Shown: positions 1 to 9,855 of the stretch, piece by piece | Position numbering within the stretch: position 1 is the stretch's first letter | How the letters are laid out: each line of letters starts with the position of its first letter | Source of the DNA: Octopus vulgaris | Taxonomy: Eukaryota | NCBI GenBank assembly: GCA_951406725.2 | Contig: OX597833.1 | Location: 29,884,001-29,948,000, forward strand | Length of the DNA: 64,000 nt | Direction of reading: 5' to 3' | Made by a program: the position numbers and the translations under genes | The notes under the pieces: generated by a model | Databases searched by the model: none | What the model was told of the DNA's origin: nothing | Seen by the model: only the letters and a program-made list of their open reading frames with translations

Positions 1-1969
1 ATCCTGTCTTGAATTCCTCCGTTATTGCCTGGAGGACTATGATAAATAGGAGGGGGCTGAGTACTGAGCCTTGGTGGACCCCTACCTCTACCCGGAATTC
101 TTCACTGTACTCGTTTCCAACCCTCACCCTACTAGCAGCGTCCCTATACATGGCCCGCACAGCTCTCACTAACCATTCATCTATCCCTAGTTTCCTCATT
201 GCCCACCAGATAAGGGATCGGGGGACCCTGTCGAAGGCTTTCTCCATGTCAACAAAAGCCAGGTACAGGGGCTTATCTTTGGCTAGGTATTTCTCCTGCA
301 GCTGCCTTACCAGGAATATAGCATCAGTAGTACTTTTCCCTGGCACAAACCCAAACTGCATCTCATCTAAACTAACTCTCTCTCTAATTAGTTGGGCTAT
401 GACCCTCTCCGTAACCTTCATCACCTGATCCAACAGCTTGATACCTCTGTAGTTATTTGTATCTAGGGCGTCACCTTTACCTTTGTAGCAGTTGACTATT
501 ATGCTGCTACACCAGTCATTGGGTATGACTCCTTTGTGTATCACCTGATTAACTATATGGGTGACTAGGCTATAGCCGACACTACCAGACATTTTGAGCA
601 TCTCTGCAGTGATTCCTGATGGGCCTGGGGCTTTTCCTGTCTTCATGCTTCTAATTGCCTTAGCTACCACGGAACTATCAACTCGGATAGCTGGTCCCTC
701 TGTTGGGTCAACATTCGGCAGACTCTCTTTATCCCATTCATTTTCTTTATTCAGCAAACTTTCATAGTGGCATCTCCAAACCTCTCTCTTTGCATCCTCA
801 TTTAGCGCAAGTGAACCATCTTCCATGCGAACACACTTCTCTCCTACCACATCACGATTCTCTCTCACACACTGTCTTGCAACGCGAAACACCTCCAGTC
901 TTTGGTCCTCACGGCGCAGAACATTGGCAAATTTTTTCTTATCTGCTTCCCCTCTGGCTAAATAAACCTGTCTCCTAGCTTCTCTTTTGGCAGTCTGATA
1001 CAATTCCCTGCTACCCCCATTTTTCCAAACCTTCCAAGCCTGTCTCTTTTCTCTAATAGCCCTGTCTACAATATCGTTCCACCACCACGTTATTCTAGGT
1101 CGAGAGGGGACTTTGCACCAGCCACAGATCTGGTCAGTGGCTCTCAGCAGGTTGTCCCTTAGAAACGTCCAGCTGTCTTCTACCCCCTGTGATGCTCTAT
1201 CCCCTTCTACTTCGTCAGAGGCTTCAAGTAATATGTCTCTAAATCTCTGTCCATTTGCAGGATCTTTAAGCTTCCAGACCTTTCTTCTCCATATTGGTCG
1301 TCTTCTGGTTGTCCTCCTAGTCCTGATCCTAAAGTCACTAACTACCAGTCTATGTTGTGGGGTACATTCTTCACCTGGGAAGGTTTTGGCATTTATAAGC
1401 AGCCATCTCTCCCTTTGCCTTGCAAGGATGTAGTCAATTTGGCTGGTATGTTGGCCCGATCGGTAAGTGACTAGGTGGCTGGTAGGTTTCCTGAAGTTAG
1501 TGTTGCAAATCATAAGATTATTTGCATCGCAGAACTCCAGCAGCCTGGTTCCCTCCTCGTTTCGGGAGCCATAGCCATAGCCTCCATGTACGCCATGGAA
1601 GCCCCCAGCATGTCGTCCAACGTGACCATTGAAGTCACCAGCCACAAAGATAAGGTCTCTGTCGTTCGTCAACGAGGTAGTCTGCAGTAGAGTGTCATAG
1701 AATCGGTCTTTCTGTCCATCGGGTAGCCCCGACTGAGGAGCATAGGCTGATATAATGTTTGCTAAACTATGATGAAGCACTAATCTAATCTTAAGTATTC
1801 TGTCACATACTCTGATTACCTCAATTACTTTATCTACCCATTTCTCAGCGATAAGTATACCCACGCCACCAACCCCGTCAGTGTTCCCTGCCCAGAAAAT
1901 CTTGTACCTGCGTTCCTTGCCTGTGAGGAACCTAGCTGATCCTCCTCTCCACCTTATTTCTTGCATGCA
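1..1969 (-). mobile_element. RTE-clade LINE, 5'-truncated within the APE endonuclease, continuing past the left window edge; uninterrupted EN-RT frame 1966->2
   Basis: Manual translation of the minus strand gives CMQEIRWRGG, VAGDFNGHVG, SQIDYIL (APE), KAPGPSGI, NYRGIKLL, MQFGFVPGKSTTDAIF, AFVDMEKAFDRVP, GVHQGSVLSPLLF (RT) with no stop. Same family as 43882-47586. Confidence 0.93.
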
Positions 1970-2335
1970 AATTACATGTACATATGATGAAGCAGCTGCT
2001 ACACAGTGAGCCTCTACATAGTTGTTTGACTTGCTAAATATAATTGCAAATCTACCTTATAAAACATTTTAGATAATGTAATCCTAGGAACATCAACAGG
2101 ATGGTTATGTCTGAAAAGCCTTTTAACTTAGTGTGGTGTAATCAAGGTTGAACTAAGGTTAAGCAACAACAACAACTCGTACACCCAATATTTCAAAGCC
2201 ATAAATAGAAGCCAAATCTTCCTCAAACCACAGCATACTATTTATGATAGAAAGGGTCACATGACCGTTTTAGATAATCTGAATAAAATAGCAGTATAGT
2301 CATGGCTAAAATAGATCTTCTCAACTTGGGATTAA

Positions 2336-2553
2336 CCCTTTAGCATTCAGATTACTCTGTCAGATGTAATGCTTGTTTATTCATTGTTTTGAATTGATTA
2401 TGTATTATCTCATAGCTTTAAGTTTTCAATGATGTGATTGTCATTTTTAGAATGACATGGTAGAGTAGGTGTAAGAGGCTGGATCTAGTCAGTTTGAAAG
2501 TAAAACAAGTAGTATATTTTTGGCTGGATATGATCAGTTTAAATGCTAAAGGG
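2336..2553. mobile_element. piggyBac-type MITE (218 bp)
   Basis: TTAA at 2332-2335 and 2554-2557; TIR CCCTTTAGCATT / AATGCTAAAGGG. A degenerate sister copy lies at ~52441-52584. Confidence 0.8.
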
Positions 2554-3020
2554 TTAAACAATAGCACATGCTTAAAAAAATAAACTATTCGTTTCATTGA
2601 CAAACCTTCCACTGCATACCAAAACACCTGTTATCTCTTCTCTCTGGCTTTCCTCTACTTTTATCACATCTTTTGCTTCTTTATGTATGCAATCTGTGTA
2701 TTATCCCTGCCGAAGCTCAACCAATGCCTCTAACTCTCTTTTTGAGACCCTGCTCCTTTCATTCTGTGTTGTAAATTCTTTGTCCAGTTTTTCTTCATAA
2801 CTCTATTCCATCTTTGCTTTCACTTTTGCTTCAGGTACCAACCTACAGAAGTTTTAGTTAAATACCAGCTGAATTTAACTCACAAGTCATCCTTTCTGGA
2901 CCCTATTTACACAATTAACTGAAACAATTAAAATTTACTTCAGTCAGTGAACTGCAACTACGCTACAGCACCACATTTAAAGGTTTCAGTCAATTGCATT
3001 GGCCTTAGTATATACTTTTA

Positions 3021-3591
3021 TATATTTAGATAATCTGAATAAAATAGCAGTATAGTCATGGCTAAAATAGATCTTCTCAACTTGGGATTAACCCTTTAGC
3101 ATTCAGATTATTCTGTCAGATGTAATGCTTGTTTATTCATTGTTTTGAATTGTTCTATTTTTGGCTTTACGCATCACAATCATGCGCAAGGCCCAGCTGA
3201 GATGGGCGGGCCACGTCTCCCGCATGTCCGATACTCGCATCCCAAAACAGCTCTTCTATGGTGAACTCGGCCAGGGCAGGCGCAAAGTCGGAGGGCAGAA
3301 GAAGTGCTACAAGGATAGTCTCTTGGTCTCTCTCAAAGACTTCTCCATCGGAACAGAGACCTGGGAGACACTTGCTGCCAACCGCTCATCCTGGCGCAGC
3401 GCAATCACCGTGGGAGCAAGAGCCGCCTGCACCAGTAGCACGGCCCCTACCCACTTCTGCCCCACCTGTGGGAGGGGCTTCCTTGCCCGGATTGGCCTCA
3501 CCAGCCACCTCAGGTCTCATGGCGGCAGTTCCATCAGATGATGTCAGTTGGTCATCTTCGAACCGAAGGACGAACATTATTATTATTATTA
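3021..3591 (+). mobile_element. RTE-1/BovB-like LINE 3' fragment with a 5' templated copy of local DNA
   Basis: ORF 3161-3541 has QLRWAGHVSRM, RIPKQLFYGEL, a C-terminal CPTC...HLRSH zinc finger and an (ATT)n tail. 16-bp TSD TTAGTATATACTTTTA at 3005-3020 and 3592-3607. Confidence 0.88.
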
Positions 3592-3877
3592 TTAGTATAT
3601 ACTTTTAAATTTGATTTTTATTTTGGTGATTTCTGTTTTGGAACATCACTAAGTTGTAGGATATAAACACAAACTTCATTTATTTTCATTGATAACAAGC
3701 ACAGAGACAAACACATACACTCCCCCCACACACACACACACACAACAGGCTTCTGTACAATCTCATTCACCAGACATTGATTGACCCAAGATTATTGTAG
3801 AAGGCACTTGCTCAATATGCTCCAGTGTGCACTTTCTAACCATACTTCTATATTAAGAATACACACATATATATATA

Positions 3878-4075
3878 TCATCATCATCATCAATTAACAT
3901 CTGTATTCTATGCTTGAATGGGTTGGATGGTTTGATAGGATCCAACAAACCAGAAGATTGTGCTGAGCGCCAATGTCTGTTTTGACATTATTCCTATGGC
4001 TGGACTGGATACCTTCCATAATGCCTGCCACTTTTTTCATGGCACCAACACAAATAAGGTCACCAAATATCTTGC
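3878..4075 (-). mobile_element. Old RTE 3'-tail fragment
   Basis: (CAT)n followed by a diverged reverse complement of the RTE terminal sequence (gggttggatggtttga...ctggatacctt). Confidence 0.6.
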
Positions 4076-5817
4076 AAGACAAGACCCCTTGATAGAGTTA
4101 GTGCACAGTATTGAGGGAGATGGCTTTGTGCTACGCATTGAGAGGCTAAAGTATGCTAAGAGGGACAGGAACAGGTTTCTTGCTGTAGAGGAGACATTTT
4201 GCTATTCCAGCAGAGTTTTTATCTATTTGTTAAGTTAACATTTATTTCGTCTTGCTGTGATATTTAGCACTCTGATTAACAACAGATCTTTTGGCAGCTT
4301 GAAATTAGGATCAAATTGATCAGTTTTGTTTTTCTTAAGAATCTTCAAAACCCATTCACATTCTAAGCTACTGAAACAAAGTAACATAAAACTATCTATA
4401 GTGTGTTTATTTTCAAGACCTTTGCCTTGGGGTTTTGGGTGGCATGTATGTAGCCATGCTTTTACAGCAGCCTTGACTGGTTAACTTAGAATTTCTGAAT
4501 TGGAAAAGAGTTTGGCACACACCAAAAAATGATCACACTCAGAATAAGTGGATACTTATTATATATAATCCTTCGTTAGTTGGGAAAGTAATGGGTGAAG
4601 CACTTTTTTTATGTATTGACTTCTCTTTCTCTCATTTGTGAAAACCAAATGTAAACAAACCCAAAATTTCTGTAACATTTCTTTATGTTTGTATATTTTA
4701 TATGTATATGTATGTGTGAGGTGGTGAAGAGAGTAGCAATTGTTTGTAAAATAAAATGGCCTTTTCCAACCAGCCACTGCTTTTTAGGTGGGAGAGAGAG
4801 AAGTTTTTTTTCTTATAGAAAAGGTTAGTTCATTTGGTGCAGAAAATCCCCTCCTCTACCTCTGCCCATCCTCCACTTTCTTCACATTCAGTGTGTGTGT
4901 GTGTGTGTAAGAATGTGGACTGTGAATTACAATTTGGCTTTATAAAGAAAGAAATATTAGCTATGATTGAGAGAGAAAGAGAGTGAGTGAGATCAACAGT
5001 GTGTGAAGAAGTAGATTGTTAGGGAGGTGACCAGTGGTAGTAGGACTGGGTCAGGGAGAGTAGGATTACAAGTCAGTATAGAATGTTGTGAGAGATAGTG
5101 GATTGGACATTGGTGCACAGTGGCATGAATAAATGGGGGGAGGAGTGTTGTCTTTGAAGAACAAAAAAACCAAATCTATATTTTCTATTAAATTGTGAAT
5201 AGATGTGGTCACCTTTTGCAGGCACAGCCAATCTTTTTAAGGCTGAGTTCGTTTCTTTGATACAACTGCAATCCCGGATCTAGCATGAGCTTAACTGCAT
5301 GTCTGTCATCTGGAATGTTGCCATTTACAATAGCACTAACGAGAGAATTATTAGTTATTGTTAATTAGCCCCCCCAGTAGTCTTCAAGTTAGTCGTAATT
5401 GACCAAACCTATGATCAAAGGCATTACTGCCATGACCGTCTTGTTTTTTTTTTTCCCAGGCATAGAGTACTCCAGGCTACATTGTTCAATGACTCCATTT
5501 TAAAAATAGTTGGGGAGTTTGAGGAAGATTTGATTGTTATTTTCAGCATGTCAAGCCATTATGTAGAAACCTCCTTCTTGTAGTGGTCTTGACAACAGCA
5601 GCAATTTCCTCCTCCCCATTCCTCTCTGTTTTAAAAATTCTCCTAGTGATTATAAGAAACAAAATGGATTTATCAAGAGATGTTCATGGAAATCACATTT
5701 GTTTGCCTCTTTCCTGCAATTCACTTACAGAATTGGCTAAATTGGCTGAAACCAAGGGCAAAGAAACTGAAGCAGAGAAATTATCCCTGGCTACCTCCTA
5801 CACAGATACTTATTATT

Positions 5818-6378
5818 ATTCCTACCGCTCTATGTCATGCTGGTGAGACCCATATTGGAGTACGGGATTCAAGCCTCTTCTCCTTATCTCCTCAAAGACA
5901 TACAGCATCTCGAAAGAGTCCAGAAGCTGGCTACCCGCATGGTTCTTGGTCTCAAGAATTTGTCTTATGAAGAAAGGCTGAAGACGCTCGACCTTTATTC
6001 TCTAGAAAAACAACGACACCGTGGTGATCTCATTCTTGCTCACAACATCATAAGCGGAAAGTGTAACCTCTCGAAGGAGCTGTTCTTCACTCCTGCTCCA
6101 GAGCGTCGGCTGCGGGGTCATTCCGAAAAGCTCTATCTACGACGATTTCATCTCAATCAAAGGAGAGGGGCTTTCTCCGTCCGGGTTGCGGATCCGTGGA
6201 ATAAGCTGCCGGACAAGATGGTGAAGATGCCGACGACTGCTCGGTTCAAAGTCTCCCTTGACCACAAGTGGCCTGAACTCTTTACATGAACACCACCCTG
6301 TACATAACTCCATGTCCCCCTACATGGCCTTGCTTTTTTGCTTTTTGAGCCAAAAAATTAACTAACTAACTAACTAAC
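5818..6378 (+). mobile_element. CR1-clade LINE 3' fragment
   Basis: ORF 5837-6289 has LVRPILEY, LERVQKLATRM, LSYEERLKTLDL, RGHSEKL, FSVRVADPWNKLP. 3' hairpin CCATGT...ACATGG and (TAAC)n tail. Nearly identical to 33668-34175. Confidence 0.9.
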
Positions 6379-6980
6379 GTGTTTATTCCTTTTGATGTTA
6401 AGTACTACACACAACATTTTGATGTATACCCATCTAGAGATTTAAGCATTCACAGTTATATAATAAAACTGACCTTATAGTATCACTGTAGCTGCTCTTG
6501 ATATGTCAAAGAAGCTTGGAGTTCAACACACTGGTCATATCATTCAGAGCCTTCCATTATAAGTGCCTTTCTCACTATGAGATCTTCTGATGACCTGCTG
6601 AGCTTAGGTATTTGAAGGCTTAGACTTCATTCAGAGCAGTCTCCTGTTCTCATTAGAGGTAGATGGTCTGGAAAGATATTTTAGGTGATGATCTCAGGTA
6701 TTCAGTTGAAGGCCAGATTTGGCACACACCCCATTCTCCCCAAGACCTCTAGTACTTACTCTCTGAAGTCAAATAGCAAGCTGATATTATTCTCATTATG
6801 ATAGCATCCAGGAGTAGTCTAGATCTCTTAGGTATAATAGTGAAATCTAGTTCCTGCTCTTGTCATAAGTCCATGGTTCAGGACTATAATGAAGAGAGCA
6901 AGAATGTCAAACTCTTTATTTGTTGCTATCCAGAGTTACTACATTTTGCTCTTGTACCTGTGTATGTAACTTCAAGGACC
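6379..6980 (-). pseudogene. Highly decayed RTE-like LINE RT C-terminal region, interrupted by the CR1 copy
   Basis: Broken minus-strand peptides resembling GLQLNT, ALNDMTSV-NSKL, SVLLYNCEC and SLDGY...VLNI, with many stops and frameshifts. Confidence 0.45.
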
Positions 6981-8081
6981 TGGAGTAATTCTGTCCTTTT
7001 TTTAAAAAATAGTTGGTTGGGTTTTAAAGGAAATTTAGCTGTTAGACTGCTATTTTTAGCAAACTATATAGAAATTAGCTCCTAGCATATAAGTGTGTGT
7101 ATGTTGGTATGGTGTCTGTTTGTAGTCTCATATTCATATGCGTGTATGTTTAGCGTTGTTGTTTGGCCCTCAGGTCAGCTATAAGCAGGTAGACTTATAT
7201 TCATAGGCATTCGTTCCCTGGCCATCTTTTCCCCAGCCACAGTGCACCCAATGTATCTTTCTACTCCAAAATGACAGAGTGTGATTTAAAGAAGATGTAG
7301 GGCCTATTTCTTGCAGACTGAACCGCCACATGGTACCTCCATTGTTGTCTTCAGTTACCTATGTATGTCTATATATTTGTGTGAATATATTGTCTGCCTG
7401 TGCAAGTGCACACAAATATAATTGGTTGGTGAGCTAAGGTAGCGGTGATGGTGAGAGGAAGGCAAAGAAGGTCGGCAATTCAAAATGCTTGCCAATTTAT
7501 TGTAACTAAAGTTTAATTGAGCATATATGGATACGCCTAAATTTATATGCATCTGGCAACTTTATATTTCTTAATGAATACTTAAAAGTTCTAATTGCAT
7601 TTAGTTTTCTTTTTCACATTTCTTATTTATCTGCAAAAATGAGGAGAAAGTATAATTGTGCATATGTGAGTTTTTTTAAAATTATTATTTAGACTTTCTT
7701 CTTTTCTTTTTCTTTTTGTTTATTTTCCGTTGCAATATAACTTGATACTTGGTTTTGTAAAATGCCTACTTAGTTTTAGCAAATATTTTACATCACAATT
7801 TGTGAACAAAAGTGACACTAGTTATTGGTTTCCACTGAGCTCAATCACAGGTTTACTGAATTTTTGACAGCAAGAAGTGACTGTCCTAATATATATCAAC
7901 AAACTTTAGTAGCCATAAAGGGAAACAACCTAACATAATGTTACACTGCATGCACCAAATGTGTGTCTCTGTATATGTGTGTGTGTCACACTCTGTGTAC
8001 GTGAAGTCTTCCTGTACAGAAGGAGCAGGTTTCTGACAAAGACACAAAGCTCTTATCATAGGAGTGTATTTAAAAGCAAAT

Positions 8082-8370
8082 TCACATTTGAAGCTTGAGA
8101 AAAGTCTTGCATATTTTTACTTTTCTGCTGACAGATTGTATTTGCAATGGTTGATTTCTTTTCCTGAAAATCCTAGCTCTTCCCAGTTGCCACTTGCTTT
8201 TACTCACAAAATCAAGTACACCAATTATTATTGGTATAAATGAGAATTTATAATCTGGATATAGAAGTTGGAGGTTTTGAAGCAGTTGTCTGTAGTTATC
8301 CACTTTCTCTGATTTTTGAAGAGACATTCACATTAGTATGACCTCTATGACAGTACACACTTTTTCTTGT
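8082..8370 (-). pseudogene. C-terminal fragment of a restriction-like-endonuclease (RLE) LINE ORF
   Basis: EKVDNYRQLLQNLQLLYPDYKFSFIPIIIGVL...VKICKTFLK resembles the EK..KY..L....PIIIGALG end of R2/R4-group ORFs. Confidence 0.6.
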
Positions 8371-8669
8371 CTATCCCAATCAATGATATTCAACCTCTTA
8401 TGTTTGAACTAAGTAGAAGTTTTGATATGAATCTTCCATCAATATCCCTTGTGTTTATGTTTATGTATTTATTCAATAACAACAGGATTCTTTATATTTA
8501 TCTCAGGGCAGTTTTCCTTTTTTTGGATGACATTGTATATTTAGTAACAACAATGTTTTTCACTGCTTTGAAGCATTTTTAGATGAATGAATCAACCACA
8601 GTACTTATGTTTTCACACCAACTCCAGTTATAAATGGTAGTGGGGGGGACAAACAGACACAATCACACG

Positions 8670-8717
<48 letters not shown>

Positions 8718-8718
<1 letters not shown>

Positions 8719-8830
8719 GACAAGCTTCTTGTACTTTCTGTCTAGCAAATCCACTCACAAGGCATTGGTTGGCCCAGGGTTATAGCAGAAGACACTTGCC
8801 CAAGATATCACACAGTGGGACTGAATCTGC
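8718..8830 (-). mobile_element. tRNA-derived SINE fragment (family also at ~3745-3830, 48295-48660, 57500-57940)
   Basis: Reverse complement reads ttcagtcccactgtgtgatatcttgggcaagtgtcttctgctataaccctgggcc...gagtggatttg, matching the other copies. Confidence 0.6.
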
Positions 8831-8894
8831 CATATTTGCACCTATATGTGTGTGTGTGTATTTATATATATATAAATACACACACACACTCACA

Positions 8895-9131
8895 GAGGGT
8901 TGGCCAAAAGTCACCTGACAGTAAATCAAAATTCCATAAATACTTAATATTCGATTTTATTTATTCTTTCCAATTATGAATGTTTAATAATAATTGAATG
9001 GTGTAAGTTAAAATCACTTTTTTTTTTCAACATTTGTCCATTTGTTAGCGAAGTCTCATAAAAAATTTTTTGTTTTAATCTTGGAATTAAATGGTTTTGA
9101 TTTACTGTTGCATGACTTTTGGCCAACCCTG
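8895..9131. mobile_element. Tc1/mariner-type MITE
   Basis: About 35-bp imperfect TIR AGGGTTGGCCAAAAGTCA...CAGTAAATCAAAA at both ends; TA follows the right end. Confidence 0.75.
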
Positions 9132-9151
9132 TATATATGTGTGTGTGTGTG

Positions 9152-9180
<29 letters not shown>

Positions 9181-9187
<7 letters not shown>

Positions 9188-9365
9188 TAAAAAGAATTCC
9201 AACCTTGTCTGATTTTCACGTTTTATTTACAATCTTATAATGATATATTATAAGATAATATATTATAATTGAATAAAATAAAATGAAATAGTAGAATGTT
9301 AAATATTCATTCTGATTGAACTAGTACTTTCATGCATTGAATTCTGCAATCTTCGGGTTCATGTA
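9181..9365 (-). repeat. Penelope 3' pseudo-LTR
   Basis: Identical by eye to 13453-13637 (offset 4272); minus-strand AATAAA near its 3' end. Confidence 0.93.
9317..9361 (-). ncRNA. Minimal type I hammerhead ribozyme motif (3' pLTR)
   Basis: Minus strand: TGAAC-CCGAAGA-t-TGCA gaattcaa TGCA-t-GAAA-GTAC-TA-GTTCA. Stem I TGAAC/GTTCA, core CCGAAGA (U4C variant of CUGANGA), palindromic AGTACT stem III as in dimeric PLE hammerheads. Confidence 0.75.
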
Positions 9366-9419
9366 GTAGTGTTGACAGTCATGCTTCACAATTTTTGACT
9401 GTAGCAAGTTGAGTGATTC

Positions 9420-9541
9420 TGTGCTATAAATACAGCTGGGTAGGCTCCAGAGTGCTAGGTTTTGCAAACTGTATTCTGACCAATCAGTGTGTAGTATCAC
9501 TCAATTACTTAAGCTGATTGGTTGGTTGAGCTGATTGGTTT
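9420..9541 (-). promoter_or_regulatory. Putative PLE internal promoter (CCAAT boxes + TATA-like)
   Basis: Three CCAATCAG motifs (two on minus at ~9514-9540, one on plus at ~9480) and minus-strand TATTTATA at ~9425-9432, upstream of the hammerhead. Confidence 0.35.
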
Positions 9542-9855
9542 AGGCATCACGCTTTGTTGGACAGGTCAAGAGTCCTGTATCTTGACCCTGGCCGAAGCAG
9601 CAATTGTTGGGTTATTTTTAGAAATGTTGTAAATATCCTTTGTCAGAGATTTTTATATTTTTATATTTCAATTGTCATCATCATCATTGTCAGCACCTTA
9701 ATTATTGTTGCTAGTGGTGATGGTGGTGGCAATAGAACTTTTAACCCTAAATAAGACAATTTTCCTGCTATCTTCGTCTTGATCACCCTTAGTATTGTTG
9801 TTGTTGTTAGTGGTCATGGTCATAGCAGTGGAAGTAATACCTCTAAGTATTATTA

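Noticed and set aside
9-1690. Plus-strand ORFs 9-428, 703-978, 1113-1433 and 1475-1690, and similar antisense ORFs over other LINEs and the Penelope ORF
   Set aside because: Antisense shadows of retroelement coding frames.
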